64,000 nucleotides of DNA from Spirochaetia bacterium (GCA_963677925.2 CAXXYH010000003.1:64001-128000), one strand, 5' to 3'; counted from the first letter of the stretch, positions 1 to 11,322 are shown. Notes: generated by a model from the sequence alone, not told the origin. Numbers and translations are program-made.

Positions 1-133
1 CTCTTGTTTCCACATGGCAAAACCCTTTTTTACACATAAATATTAGTAAAAGTATTCTAACAATTCCGGCCCGATTTCACAAGAAAGTAACTGTTGCAAA
101 ATAAGCGCAATATACAACAAGAAAACTTAAAAA

Positions 134-199
134 GTAGGGTAAACCCTACCCTGCCAGTTGCGTTAAAAGCGGTAGATTGAAATACAGTCTATCGCTTTT
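134..199. promoter_or_regulatory. Palindrome gtagggt-aa-accctac (134-149) and hairpin aaaagcggtagattg...cagtctatcgctttt (165-199) upstream of the excisionase-like gene
   Basis: Inverted repeats read directly; GGAGG SD at ~208-212 precedes ATG 220. Confidence 0.45.
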
Positions 200-219
200 T
201 ATTTTCGAGGAGGTTTGAG

Positions 220-471
220 ATGAAGGCATTATTGACTATTGAAGAAGCATCGGAACTTACGAAGCTGAGTATTAAAACCCTGTATAAATACGCGGAACGG
301 GAAACTATCCCGCATATAAAACTCGGGCGCCGGGTTCTGTTCGACGAAGATGCTATTGAGGGATGGGTAAACAGCTATAGGGTTGCACCCGTGAGTGAGG
401 CTGCGACGAAGCCTACCGCTGCGGTTGAAGCCAAGGAAGAGGCGTTGCAAGAAGCGGGAGAGCCGGTCTGA
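220..471 (+). CDS. Excisionase-like helix-turn-helix DNA-binding protein (HTH_17 type)
   Basis: LLTIEEASELTKLSIKTLY...IPHIKLGRRVLFD pattern; SD present. Confidence 0.85.
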   Translation: MKALLTIEEASELTKLSIKTLYKYAERETIPHIKLGRRVLFDEDAIEGWVNSYRVAPVSEAATKPTAAVEAKEEALQEAGEPV

Positions 472-791
472 TGAAGAAGAAATATCTTACCGTAGAAAAC
501 ATTCGCGGTGCGCTGAAGTTCTTAAAGGCGCGACGGGAGCATGCTAAGACCACCGGCAATAGAAAATGTATTAAATCATGCAAGATCTCTATATGGGCTC
601 TTTTCAGGGACTATATCCTATATTTATTTCTGCTGTTGAATCATTTTAAAGCAAGATCTGTTCAAAAGATAATTAACGTCATTATCAGGGAATCTCAATC
701 TCACAACCTTCCAGGAATACAAAAGAATCAACCTGACGGTGCCAGCCGCCAGGTTAAAACGACTTACTTTGCCGTACTGGACAGGTGCTGA
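471..791 (+). CDS. Hypothetical protein, translationally coupled to the HTH gene; 3' part overlaps the opposite-strand ORF
   Basis: TGATG overlap at 469-473. Confidence 0.35.
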   Translation: MKKKYLTVENIRGALKFLKARREHAKTTGNRKCIKSCKISIWALFRDYILYLFLLLNHFKARSVQKIINVIIRESQSHNLPGIQKNQPDGASRQVKTTYFAVLDRC

Positions 792-1025
792 ATCTGCAAC
801 ACCGGCAATAACATTTGTAAGCGGACAAAGAGCACACCGCCGGTCTCTGCAATTGCTGCAGATGTTATTGCATTTCTTCATGGAGACAAAAGCTGCAACA
901 GCGATATTCAGTGTCTGCGTCATTGGTTTGTTCAAGGCCCATGCGAGCCGCCTGAGAATGAAAGCCGTTTCGGAACTGATTTGGGGAGTATAAACTCTTT
1001 GTTTTGGTTGTTGATTCTGATACAT
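624..1025 (-). CDS. Hypothetical mobile-element protein with Cys cluster (CSNC...CALC)
   Basis: ORF with GGAGG SD (acctcc at ~1031 on +) and Zn-binding-like Cys motifs. Confidence 0.7.
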   Translation of the reverse strand: MYQNQQPKQRVYTPQISSETAFILRRLAWALNKPMTQTLNIAVAAFVSMKKCNNICSNCRDRRCALCPLTNVIAGVADSAPVQYGKVSRFNLAAGTVRLILLYSWKVVRLRFPDNDVNYLLNRSCFKMIQQQK

Positions 1026-1232
1026 AATGTACCTCCGTTTAGTGATTTGCTTTACGGACGAACAAAGGATTTACCTCCCTTGCTTGCCGCGCTTAACCGT
1101 TCTCGACCAGCCTTCATCAGGCCATGTCAAGGCCGACCGCAGGGAGCCCGCAGGGCCGAAGGGCCTTTACCTGGACAGATAAGGCGGTACAATGAGAGAC
1201 GTGCGGAAACATTTCTTTTTAAAGGATTGTGT

Positions 1233-3632
1233 TTATATTATTTCTTGTTCAACTGAATAGCCTAATGCCTCATAGCCTTTCAGTCTTTTTGCATGCATTC
1301 TTGATAATACCGGGACATTTAGATCGGCGTAATCGTAAATCACAACATCGTCCTTGCCGTGATAATCTCTGTGCAATCTGCCGGCATATTGAGAGAGGGT
1401 TCCCCTCCATGAAACAGGAAAAGTCAATAATAAAGTATCCAGAAACGGCATATCAATTCCCTCACCGAGATATTTACCGGTAGAGAGGATTATTCTTGAG
1501 GTACCATCTTCTACCTGATTTATTTCATCAAATATCTTCTTCAGCTGTTTCTTACCTAACCCGCCTTTTAGAAGAAATAAATTATAATTCATCGGTTCGA
1601 GAAGATCATAGAGGGTATTGAGGTGTTCAATCCTTTCACTCAGTATAAGTATTTGCCTGCCAGTAGAAACAAGGGTTTTAACGTCTGAAATGATTTGATT
1701 GTTTCTAATTTCATCCGCACAAACAACCTTAAAGAGTTCCTGAATGCTGTAGTCAGCGTTCTTATTAATAGTAAACTTAGTCACACACACAATTATCCGG
1801 TGATCAAAATCCCGTTCCAAAGCCTGCTTTCTGGCATTTACCGAATATCTGATTTTACCAAGGTTCATAAATATGATCGGATGCTGGCCATCCTTCCGAT
1901 ATACCGTTGCAGATAACCCCATCTTATAAAAAGCATTGCTTTGCCTAATTGCCTGTTCAAATGAAAAAGCTGATATGTGATGGCATTCATCCACTATCAC
2001 CTGACCATAATGCTGAATCCAATCCGGAGTGATTCCGTTTCGTGAGACACTTTGAATAACGGCTATATCCAGTTTTCCATTTCTTTTCTTTTTGCCGCCA
2101 CCGAATTGTCCTACTTCTTTGGCGGGAATGTCGAAAAACTGACTAATTCGCTCCACCCATTGCTCCATCAGCTGTTTTCTGTGAACCAGAATCAGAGTAT
2201 TTACTTTTCTCTGAGCAATTAACCATAAGGCAATAACTGTTTTCCCGAATGCTGTCGTAGCAGACAGAACACCGGTTTCATTCTTTAATAACCCTTCAGC
2301 AGCTTTTATCTGTTCATCTTTAAGTTTCCCGGCAAATTTTACATCTATAGGAGTCCCATGATTTCTTTCGTCATTAGTTATGGGTTTAATATTATAGTGT
2401 TTCAGCAAATCCATAAGTTCATCGAGACAGCCAATCGGAATTGCTATATACTTCGGAAACTGTTCATATAGATATAAGATTCTTGGTTTATCCCATGTCG
2501 GTAGCCGCATTCGCTGGGCTTGATAAAACTCAGGATTAGAAAAGGATGCCAATCGAAGTATTCTGTTTATAATGATTGGCGGCAAACCTGAATAATCAAT
2601 AAAGATCTGATTTGACAATGTGATATCTATCTTATCCGGAATCATTTCATTAATTTCCGGGTAACGTATATGGTTTTTAATTTTCCAGGGAAGATCTTCA
2701 TCAACCTGACTACCGAAATCAGGTCCGACCGGTAGAAGTTCTCCGTTACTCTGTGCCCTTTGAACAAAATCCTCAATAAAACCTTTTTCAATCTTTTCTA
2801 TTCCTGAAAGGAATGTCCATTGATCCGGATAAGGAGTGAAATTCCTATCTAAGAATACAGAATGGTTTTTATCGCGGGCTTTTTTCTGTAACGGTAATGC
2901 AATAAGATTTCCAAAACCGCCGCGAGGGATTGTATCCTGATTGGGAAAAAAGCGATCAAATGAATCAAGACCAATTTCGGGCCGTATGTCGAGAGTCTTG
3001 GTTATCAGCGAGGAACCCAGCTTTCTGGCAAGCGAGGCTTCTACCCTTTCTTTGAAAAATAGCCATACATGACCTCCGTTACCGGATCTGGATCTTTCAA
3101 GATAGGCAGGAACATCTTCAGCCGCACAAGTATCAAGAAAAGCGCAGGAATCAAGCTTCCATTGTTCTTTATCGAAATCCAATGCCAGAAACCAGCAAGT
3201 TTCATCTTTTAAAAGTGGATATACACCCATCACAAACGGCTTTGATTTCTTCTCACCCATCAAATGAGCTCTTATCTCTTCATCAGTTAATTCTAAATAT
3301 GCCTTGTTAGGGCAATCCCGACATTTCTTTTGGGGTTTTCCGCATAAGCCAAGTACCCATTCATTTCTACATGCCGGCTGATAACCAGTTTTACCGGTTT
3401 TTTTGCTTTCGAACCTGCGCGCAAAGACATCCTCTCTGCCGCGAAATAATGAACGAAACAGCTTTATCTTTTCTTCGGGAGATGAAGTATTTGAAATAGT
3501 AGATTGTTTCTCCGATATCTGCTCCGGAATAGTTTGCAGCAAAGCTAACTCTTCCTTTTTTAGGTTCAGCACTGCTTCAAGTTGTGAAATCTCAGACTGC
3601 AGTTTATTTATTTTATCAGCAGGATTTTCCAT
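1233..3632 (-). CDS. AEP-primase-like domain fused to an SF2 (XPB/Ssl2-like) DEAD/DEAH helicase, TOTE-like architecture
   Basis: N-terminal LALDFD, ERSRSGNGGHVW, GNLIALP; helicase ATTAFGKT, DECHH, GLSAT, QYAGRLHR. Confidence 0.85.
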   Translation of the reverse strand: MENPADKINKLQSEISQLEAVLNLKKEELALLQTIPEQISEKQSTISNTSSPEEKIKLFRSLFRGREDVFARRFESKKTGKTGYQPACRNEWVLGLCGKPQKKCRDCPNKAYLELTDEEIRAHLMGEKKSKPFVMGVYPLLKDETCWFLALDFDKEQWKLDSCAFLDTCAAEDVPAYLERSRSGNGGHVWLFFKERVEASLARKLGSSLITKTLDIRPEIGLDSFDRFFPNQDTIPRGGFGNLIALPLQKKARDKNHSVFLDRNFTPYPDQWTFLSGIEKIEKGFIEDFVQRAQSNGELLPVGPDFGSQVDEDLPWKIKNHIRYPEINEMIPDKIDITLSNQIFIDYSGLPPIIINRILRLASFSNPEFYQAQRMRLPTWDKPRILYLYEQFPKYIAIPIGCLDELMDLLKHYNIKPITNDERNHGTPIDVKFAGKLKDEQIKAAEGLLKNETGVLSATTAFGKTVIALWLIAQRKVNTLILVHRKQLMEQWVERISQFFDIPAKEVGQFGGGKKKRNGKLDIAVIQSVSRNGITPDWIQHYGQVIVDECHHISAFSFEQAIRQSNAFYKMGLSATVYRKDGQHPIIFMNLGKIRYSVNARKQALERDFDHRIIVCVTKFTINKNADYSIQELFKVVCADEIRNNQIISDVKTLVSTGRQILILSERIEHLNTLYDLLEPMNYNLFLLKGGLGKKQLKKIFDEINQVEDGTSRIILSTGKYLGEGIDMPFLDTLLLTFPVSWRGTLSQYAGRLHRDYHGKDDVVIYDYADLNVPVLSRMHAKRLKGYEALGYSVEQEII

Positions 3633-3785
3633 TGCTTTTTGATGATAACCTATAGTAGAAGTACTGTTAAGCGTCTCGCAAGAGACAATATATGATGAAA
3701 AAATCTATCAAATCAGTTATAATCCACATATGATATCTAAAAAATGTATGTATATATTCCAAGTTGAACATAAAAGGCAAAATAC

Positions 3786-6700
3786 TTGAGCATAGCCGGA
3801 GTTCATTCAAACAGGGGCGATATATACCAAACTCTGATCGCATTTGACTGGGCCATAAAAGTATTTTCTGACCCGTCCTTTCAATGGCTCGAAGTAGATT
3901 CGATATTATTCCCGGAGGTTGATGATGTAGTTATAGGAAAGACAGATGGAACATTAATCTGTTGTCAGTGTAAAAAGAATCAATCGGACTTCAAAGCCTG
4001 GTCTTTTTCTGACTTAAAAAATGAGTTGGAAAAGACAATTAATCTACTCTGCACCAATGAAATGGCTACAGCACATTTTTATTCCCGCGATTCCTTTGGC
4101 GGTATGGCCAATTTAAGAGACTACATTGATATCCAATCAGACAAGGGGAATTATTATAAAAATCTATCTCAGAAATTACAAAAAGTAGATTCTGATTTAA
4201 ACGATCTTATAACCGAACAAGGATACAACTTTTCATCATATGATTTAATAAAGCGTATAACATTTGAAACTACCTTTGGATTCGAGAAGTTGGAAGATCT
4301 TTTAAGGGAAAGATTAAATGCCATAGTCAGCAATTCTGACAACGCCTATAATGCCCTTTGGACACGTCTTGCTCACCTTGGCGGATGCATGGGCGGGGAT
4401 TTAGCATCCGGTTCAAACAACGCCCGGTTAACTAAAGAGGATCTAAACAAAATTCTTATTGAAGCAGGAGCAATAAAAGCCCCGATTGTTGATATCAAAG
4501 AAGCCAAAATGTCCTTTTTACGTGCGTCCTCAATCGGCCGGAACTGGCAGCGAGATATTGCCGGCAAAACTATACCTATGCCGATAATTGATGATTTGTT
4601 ATCCGCTATCAGTGAAAAGAAAAAATCAATTCTGCTTACAGGAGCCCCTGGCTCCGGAAAAACCTGTGTGCTTCTTTCGCTTATGGAAAAATTAGAGGGA
4701 CTTTATAAAAATAGATCTGATATTGTTCCCATATTTATCCAGTCCCGGGAATTTGCTGATTTAAAGAGCCAAATAGATCGTGAAGCTCAAGGATTTCCAA
4801 AACAATTCTTCGAAACAACTGCTCGTTTAGCTGAAGAGTCGCATGTAATAGTGATTATTGATTCCCTTGATGTCCTTTCAATTTCGAGGGAACATTCAGC
4901 TTTAACATTTTTTCTATCACAAATAGACCAACTGCTACAGATTTCAAATGTTTCTATTGTCACTGCATGTCGTAATTTTGACAGACAATATGATTATAGA
5001 ATTGCTGTAAGAAATTGGGAATATGAGCTTGAATGTCCGCCTCTGGATTGGGGCAGTCAGATTGTGCCTTTACTTGAAGCCGTGGGCATTGCTCCGGAAG
5101 AAATTGATAAAAATACACATGAGCTAATTTTAAACCCGCGAGAACTTGATTTATATGTAACGCTTGTAAAAAAGGAAGGGAATGTAAGTTCCGTTACCAG
5201 CCAGGATCTGGCGCAACGTTATCTGGAAGCCGTTATTAGTACTGATCCTCATTTAGGGAGACCTGCACTGGAGGCGGTTGAGGACATCGCAGATGAGATG
5301 TTAAAAAATCGCAGCCTCGTTGTCCCTGTTCAAAGATTTAAAGGATCGGAGTTTTTACCGAACTTGCGAAGCGCAAACATACTACGGGAAAAAGATGGGG
5401 GACTCTCGTTCGGTCATCAAACCCTGCTGGATGTATTGGTTATAAGCAGAGCCATACATAACGGCATTACCCTAAGCGAGTTTATTGAAAACCTCCCTCC
5501 TGTTCCGTTTGTTAGACCGAGCATCAGAAGCTTTGTTGCTCACCTTGCGAGTGGAAATCGAAAAACATTTAGAAAACAGATTAGGGCGGTGCTTACAAGT
5601 AGTAGTGCTTTTCATATACGGCGTCTTATTGCTGAATCAGTAGCGGAACAGATTCCGACTGACGATGATTGGCCTTTAATACGAGATCTGAAAATAAATC
5701 ATAATGAAGTTTTTCAGGTTATCTATATGAAAACACAGAAGATAGAGTGGCTTGATTTCTGGGATAGAAACCTTGTTCCAATGTTGACTACAACAAACGA
5801 TTACGAAGGGCTCGTATCTCATGCATATAAAATTTCAATTTGGGAAAATAACTCTCCTGAAAAAGTTATTAACTTCTGGATGGAACTTCTGAAAATGCAG
5901 ACTGATAACGAAGAACGTATTAGAACTCAAATTGAAATTTATCTTTCGGATATAAGAATTGAATATTCAAAATACATAGTTCCAATATTAGAAATCTTAA
6001 TAGATAAACCAAAATCGCAACATAATTTCTTAGGACGTAGTATAGCAAAGTGTGTTCACACAGGAGTTATAAATGATTCGCTACTTTGGAAATATATTTC
6101 CGGTGATGTTACTGATGAAGATGTAAGAAATAATCATTTCAATAAAAAATTATTCTGCGCTTATCATCATTTTGGAGATAAGGATAAAGACTTTCTTAGC
6201 GATAGAATGAAACATTCTGAAAATCTATTGGATCTTGCTATCACCTCAATTTTAGAATGGAATAAAATCAAATATCATGAATTTGGAAGAACCGGTTTCA
6301 ACTTTACAAATGGCTTTCTCTCCTATACTTCTTATGAAATGGTTCACACAAAACATGATACATATCCAGTTGATGACGAAACAATACTCTTCAAAGCTGT
6401 AGAGGTGGCCATATTTTATCATGCAGAGAACCATTCTGATTGGTGGAAGAATAATAGTGAATCCATTGCGTTCTGTAATGAAACGGCTTTACGCTATTTT
6501 ATTATTATTGCATGTACTCGTTTCCCTGAATTCAATATGGAATTAATTGGACGAATTCTAACTGATAAAGAATTGCTGGAATCAGAATTATCATATGAAT
6601 TAGGCTGCTTGATAAAAAAATCCTTTGTTTATCTCACCTCTGATATTCAACATGAAATTATTGAAATAGTTTCAAATATTCATAGTGACTATCTGTCTGA

Positions 6701-8339
6701 TGAAGAAAATAAACAGTGGGTCGAACGGAATCGAGCAGAAATGTTTAAAACTATCCCCTGTCATTTGCGCTCACCTGAAGCTCAAAGGCTATTAGATAGT
6801 TTTGAGAATATGAACGGTACATTGCATATTCAACCCCGGTTACATGCATGGGGAGGATTAGTTTCTGCTCCTTTTTCATATACCGCATTCCTTACTCTAT
6901 CTGATGATGCAATTGTTTGTATATTAAAACACTATACAGAATATAAAAGAGATCTTCATGATTATCCTCGTGGAGGGAGTACTGAGGTCAGTAGCCAATT
7001 ACGCGAAGCTGCATCAAGATCCCCGTCAAAATTCTTAAATATTTTGAAAAAATATCGTAATATAATTGGTAAAGCTTTTTGTGAAAACATTATTGATGGA
7101 ATATCGAATTATCTGGCCTACCAGTATGGTAATCTGACACCAAACAAGAACTGGGAACCTCTTGAACAAACTGATTCTGCTATTCTTGTTCACGATATTC
7201 TTACTGAACTTGAAACACAATCGGGCTCCTGGAATAAAGACCATTCGGCATCAAATGCCTTGCAAGCCTGTGCTCATGTTGTAGATAATAAAGAAGATGG
7301 AGAACGGATAGTTTTCTTAAGCTTGGGATTTAAATTTATACAAGAATATCATGATTCGAAAGATGATTATAGCGACCTTATTAATGTTGGCATCAATATG
7401 AGCAGAGGTCATGTTGCAGAAGCTTTAATAATCATTGCAAATAGATTCACTGAAAAAGGCATTCTACTACCCGAATTGCTTGTTCCTGCCCTATTCCATT
7501 TTTCTAATGATGATCATCCGGCAGTACGGGCAGTTATATTGCGCAGGCTACCTTATCTTTTATATTACAGACCTGATCTTGGCTGGGATTTACTAGAATC
7601 TTTACTACAGGCTTCAGAAGGCTTATGGCCGTTAGCTGAATCATGTCTATATCAAATGTACCATAAAAATTTCGATAAGGTCGGTCCATTGCTGGACAGA
7701 ATTCTGAAAGAGGGAAAGGAAAAAGATTTTGAAACCTGGGGAAGGATTTCTGCGCTTGCTGCAATAGGTAATTTCATAGACATAAATGACTTTATCAGAA
7801 ACCTGGAAAAACTGAACAGTTCCGAAGCATGGGATGGAGCACTAATGGTTTGGACACATTCCGGCAATTTCAAACAGAAAAAAGAGAGTTGCCTTTTAGG
7901 AATACGTGCAGGATTTACTTCAAATATGTCAATAATTACTACACAGAATGTTACTAAGATGTTCCTTAATAAGGATTTCGTATTTATACCTATGGACATC
8001 ATTGAAGCATGCCTTACAGTTGCCGCTGAGAATGATAAAGAACAAAACATGATCCATGGGTTGGAAGAATGGCTGAATACCCTATCACAATATTATCCGG
8101 AGCAGGCGTTAGATGGTATTGAGGCTTATGTTAAATATGCAAAACAGGCGTTTCCGTACATGCTTGACTATAAGAATAACCTTACCCAGCTGATGACCAG
8201 ACTCTTTGCAGAGGCGGAGGAAAAAGAAGAATCTGATAATGGAGATATGCTTCTTAGAGTTGTATCTGTACAGGACAGATTATTATCACTAGGAATTAAC
8301 GGCATCCAGGAATGGCTCGAGGCTGCTGAACGGCCATAA
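3786..8339 (+). CDS. STAND/NACHT-like ATPase with N-terminal PD-(D/E)XK-like nuclease and long helical C-terminus (Avs/AVAST-like defence protein)
   Basis: VDDVVIG...CQCK nuclease-like motif; Walker A GAPGSGKT; Walker B IIDSLD; FGHQTLLD; TTG start. Confidence 0.75.
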   Translation: MSIAGVHSNRGDIYQTLIAFDWAIKVFSDPSFQWLEVDSILFPEVDDVVIGKTDGTLICCQCKKNQSDFKAWSFSDLKNELEKTINLLCTNEMATAHFYSRDSFGGMANLRDYIDIQSDKGNYYKNLSQKLQKVDSDLNDLITEQGYNFSSYDLIKRITFETTFGFEKLEDLLRERLNAIVSNSDNAYNALWTRLAHLGGCMGGDLASGSNNARLTKEDLNKILIEAGAIKAPIVDIKEAKMSFLRASSIGRNWQRDIAGKTIPMPIIDDLLSAISEKKKSILLTGAPGSGKTCVLLSLMEKLEGLYKNRSDIVPIFIQSREFADLKSQIDREAQGFPKQFFETTARLAEESHVIVIIDSLDVLSISREHSALTFFLSQIDQLLQISNVSIVTACRNFDRQYDYRIAVRNWEYELECPPLDWGSQIVPLLEAVGIAPEEIDKNTHELILNPRELDLYVTLVKKEGNVSSVTSQDLAQRYLEAVISTDPHLGRPALEAVEDIADEMLKNRSLVVPVQRFKGSEFLPNLRSANILREKDGGLSFGHQTLLDVLVISRAIHNGITLSEFIENLPPVPFVRPSIRSFVAHLASGNRKTFRKQIRAVLTSSSAFHIRRLIAESVAEQIPTDDDWPLIRDLKINHNEVFQVIYMKTQKIEWLDFWDRNLVPMLTTTNDYEGLVSHAYKISIWENNSPEKVINFWMELLKMQTDNEERIRTQIEIYLSDIRIEYSKYIVPILEILIDKPKSQHNFLGRSIAKCVHTGVINDSLLWKYISGDVTDEDVRNNHFNKKLFCAYHHFGDKDKDFLSDRMKHSENLLDLAITSILEWNKIKYHEFGRTGFNFTNGFLSYTSYEMVHTKHDTYPVDDETILFKAVEVAIFYHAENHSDWWKNNSESIAFCNETALRYFIIIACTRFPEFNMELIGRILTDKELLESELSYELGCLIKKSFVYLTSDIQHEIIEIVSNIHSDYLSDEENKQWVERNRAEMFKTIPCHLRSPEAQRLLDSFENMNGTLHIQPRLHAWGGLVSAPFSYTAFLTLSDDAIVCILKHYTEYKRDLHDYPRGGSTEVSSQLREAASRSPSKFLNILKKYRNIIGKAFCENIIDGISNYLAYQYGNLTPNKNWEPLEQTDSAILVHDILTELETQSGSWNKDHSASNALQACAHVVDNKEDGERIVFLSLGFKFIQEYHDSKDDYSDLINVGINMSRGHVAEALIIIANRFTEKGILLPELLVPALFHFSNDDHPAVRAVILRRLPYLLYYRPDLGWDLLESLLQASEGLWPLAESCLYQMYHKNFDKVGPLLDRILKEGKEKDFETWGRISALAAIGNFIDINDFIRNLEKLNSSEAWDGALMVWTHSGNFKQKKESCLLGIRAGFTSNMSIITTQNVTKMFLNKDFVFIPMDIIEACLTVAAENDKEQNMIHGLEEWLNTLSQYYPEQALDGIEAYVKYAKQAFPYMLDYKNNLTQLMTRLFAEAEEKEESDNGDMLLRVVSVQDRLLSLGINGIQEWLEAAERP

Positions 8340-8412
8340 CTAAATTGCCGGCGCTCATATTTTCACCGACGACTTAGAAAAATCTGATTAAGGCATCTGT
8401 CTTTCAATAAAA

Positions 8413-11322
8413 TCAAGCGCAGTCATCAATGGTAACTTGAATTACAGTATGCGACATGATATCAAAAATAGAGCCTGGATCTATGTATTTCTCATCCGTT
8501 AAACACTCATATAAAGAACGTTCCATGTAGCTGCTTTCAATAGACTTCCTGACATCTCTTTTATAGATATTATCAAGATAATCCATATCATCAATATGGA
8601 CCGTTATAATATGATTAATCGATTGATCATGGATTTTCTCTTCACAAACATCCTTTATGACGAGAGCCTCTGCTTCAGATATTTTATATTTTTCGCGAAT
8701 ACTTTCAATAACATCACTAACTGTTACTTTTTGCGGCTTAGTATTACCGCCTGCGCCGCCAGTATTCTTTTTAGAATATTTCCCTTCAAGCTTTTTTTCT
8801 CCGGCATAGGACACTGCTGCCTTTGTTACATAGATCCCGCGCATTATTTTTTTTAACTCAGACTCGGAACCTTCTTTCAGTAATTGAGGATAGATAAAAG
8901 CAGTAAAAACAGCAAAGATCAAAAAATCTTCTTCTATTTCGAAAAAGTTGCTAAGGAAAACAAAGGTCGAATGGTATTTTGACAAGAGATTTATGTACTC
9001 TTTCTGGTGCTCTACATCTTTTATTTTCCCCAAGAAAAGGGTTTTCAATCTTATAACAAGCGTCTGTTGATTAGCATCTAAACCGGACTTAATTATTTCT
9101 ATATTATCCCTGGCGGTTGCCATATTAAAAACATTCCAGGATATTATTTCATCATAAAGACTTTTTAGTTTCTTTATGTTCGGTTCTACCGGTTCAAATG
9201 GTGTTCCTTCCCGATACTTCTTGAATGCCTTGATTATCTCATCAGCATTATTGGTGAAGTCGACAACAACTACATGGTCTTTATTGTCATGACAGCGGTT
9301 TAAACGGGATACTGTTTGAACTGCGTTTCGATCACTGACAGGCTTATCGAGAAACATTCCAGCTAACAGAGGTTGATCAAAACCTGTCTGGAACTTATTG
9401 GCGACAACAAGAAGGCGGTATTTATCAGTATCAAATAAATCTTCTATCAATTCACCATTGCTTAAGGCGTTTATCTGCTGTTCTGTAATATCTTTTCCCG
9501 TTTCAGGATTGGTAAAATCGGAAAAAGCATAGATGACGTCATACCCATATTTTTCAGGATCCGCTTTTCTTTTTTCTTTTAATTTTTCTTTAAGGACTTT
9601 GTAGTATTCCAAACCGGCAATTCTTGATGTTGCCACAATCATTGCCTTTGCTTTACCGTCTATAAGGTCGTAAATATTTTCTTCAAATATTCTCAGCATA
9701 AGCTCTGCTTTGTACTGAATAAGGCCCTTATCCTGATACGCAATATTCTTCAGCATCTTGCTGATAATTCCGGGCGGAAATGTTTTCTCATCCTTAAAAG
9801 GAATAATCCGGCTCTCAAGATTATAGAGCGTTTTATACGAGATAATGCTTGAAGCGACATCAACAATATAGCCTTCCTGAATAGCCTCAGCTTCAGAATA
9901 GGTATCAAAAGGTTTACCGAATAACTGAACAGTTGATTGGCTTGGAGTTGCTGTAAAGGCAACCGTCATCATATTGGGAAATTCAGCCTTTTTAAGCTCA
10001 GTATTGATTTCATCCTCTTCATCAGGAGCTTCCTCTACAACAAAAGATCCGTCATCCTTAAACAAGTTACGGATATTTGTTCCGGCTTTCCCTCCCTGAG
10101 ACCGATGAGCTTCATCTATCAGGAGGGCTACATTTAATGTTTTTATCTCAGAATCACTTTTCAGTTTCTCAATAATCCAGGTAATCTTTTGCTGTGTTGT
10201 AACAATAATCTGCTCACGATTTTTGATGTACTTAGGCAAGTCATCCGCTTTCCTGGCAAATTTCATTTTATTATTCAGATGAGTAAAGTTGCCGAGTTCA
10301 TCACAAACATTTTTATCCAGAACCTTTCTATCCGTCAGGATAAATACTATATCTATTATTTTCTTATTTGTTCCCGGAACATAGAGGCTGTTAAGACGGT
10401 CTGCCAACCAGGATATAGTAAGGGTTTTCCCGGATCCGGCTGAATGGTTAATCAGATAGCGGTTTCCACAGTTACCATGCTCATGGTAATAATCAAGTAT
10501 ATCATCCGCCAATGCAGAAACAACACGGGACTGGTGATATCGGGGGAAAATACTAAAAGCCTCTTTCTCCGGGATGCCATCTGCCGCAGAAACTTTAGGA
10601 ACATAGATGAGATAGAAACTTAAAATCTCCAATATCGATTCCCGGCTCAATACATGTCGATACAAATATTCGATCGGATACTCATCACTATTCTCCGGTT
10701 GATTAACAAGACCGGTATTATACCAGCGGAAGTTCTCTTCCTTCGACGGATTGGCAGCAGCCTTTACTTCGGTGGTATCCGAGGCAATATAAAGAAAAGG
10801 CAATCTAAAAATCTTATCCAGATGATTTCTTCGTACAAATTGGGTAACGGCATCATGTACATTCTGATTTTTTTCGTGCTTTAGCTCTATAACAATTATC
10901 GGAAGACCATTAAGAAACAGAACGATGTCGGGACGTTTCTCTTCTCCTATCTCAAGCTGCGGGATAAAACCGATAATATTATTTGAAGGATTCTCTGACG
11001 ATTCCAGGGAACGAGGAATACGGTCAAACAAATTGAAATGGATTCCTCTGACGGTTAATCCATTACGAAAGATCATCCACAGAGGTCTATGATTCGTCTC
11101 TTCTTTTAACGCTCTGATAATTTCATCATTAGTATCGCTTCCATAATTCTGCTCCAGTTTTACATAAGTATAGAGCTGAGTCTTACGAATATAGGCAATT
11201 AAATCATCTTCGATAAGATACCATTCTTTATCAGACAGATTCTGATTTGAATATTTCTCATATTCATGGATTTCAACTAATGCTTTCTCAAAATGCCTTT
11301 GAAAATCAAGTTCCGTTCCCAT
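8413..11322 (-). CDS. hsdR: Type I restriction enzyme subunit R
   Basis: RPDIVLFLNGLPIIVIELK, HSAGSGKT, DEAHRSQ, FTATP, QTGFDQP, QTVSRLNR. Confidence 0.93.
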   Translation of the reverse strand: MGTELDFQRHFEKALVEIHEYEKYSNQNLSDKEWYLIEDDLIAYIRKTQLYTYVKLEQNYGSDTNDEIIRALKEETNHRPLWMIFRNGLTVRGIHFNLFDRIPRSLESSENPSNNIIGFIPQLEIGEEKRPDIVLFLNGLPIIVIELKHEKNQNVHDAVTQFVRRNHLDKIFRLPFLYIASDTTEVKAAANPSKEENFRWYNTGLVNQPENSDEYPIEYLYRHVLSRESILEILSFYLIYVPKVSAADGIPEKEAFSIFPRYHQSRVVSALADDILDYYHEHGNCGNRYLINHSAGSGKTLTISWLADRLNSLYVPGTNKKIIDIVFILTDRKVLDKNVCDELGNFTHLNNKMKFARKADDLPKYIKNREQIIVTTQQKITWIIEKLKSDSEIKTLNVALLIDEAHRSQGGKAGTNIRNLFKDDGSFVVEEAPDEEDEINTELKKAEFPNMMTVAFTATPSQSTVQLFGKPFDTYSEAEAIQEGYIVDVASSIISYKTLYNLESRIIPFKDEKTFPPGIISKMLKNIAYQDKGLIQYKAELMLRIFEENIYDLIDGKAKAMIVATSRIAGLEYYKVLKEKLKEKRKADPEKYGYDVIYAFSDFTNPETGKDITEQQINALSNGELIEDLFDTDKYRLLVVANKFQTGFDQPLLAGMFLDKPVSDRNAVQTVSRLNRCHDNKDHVVVVDFTNNADEIIKAFKKYREGTPFEPVEPNIKKLKSLYDEIISWNVFNMATARDNIEIIKSGLDANQQTLVIRLKTLFLGKIKDVEHQKEYINLLSKYHSTFVFLSNFFEIEEDFLIFAVFTAFIYPQLLKEGSESELKKIMRGIYVTKAAVSYAGEKKLEGKYSKKNTGGAGGNTKPQKVTVSDVIESIREKYKISEAEALVIKDVCEEKIHDQSINHIITVHIDDMDYLDNIYKRDVRKSIESSYMERSLYECLTDEKYIDPGSIFDIMSHTVIQVTIDDCA

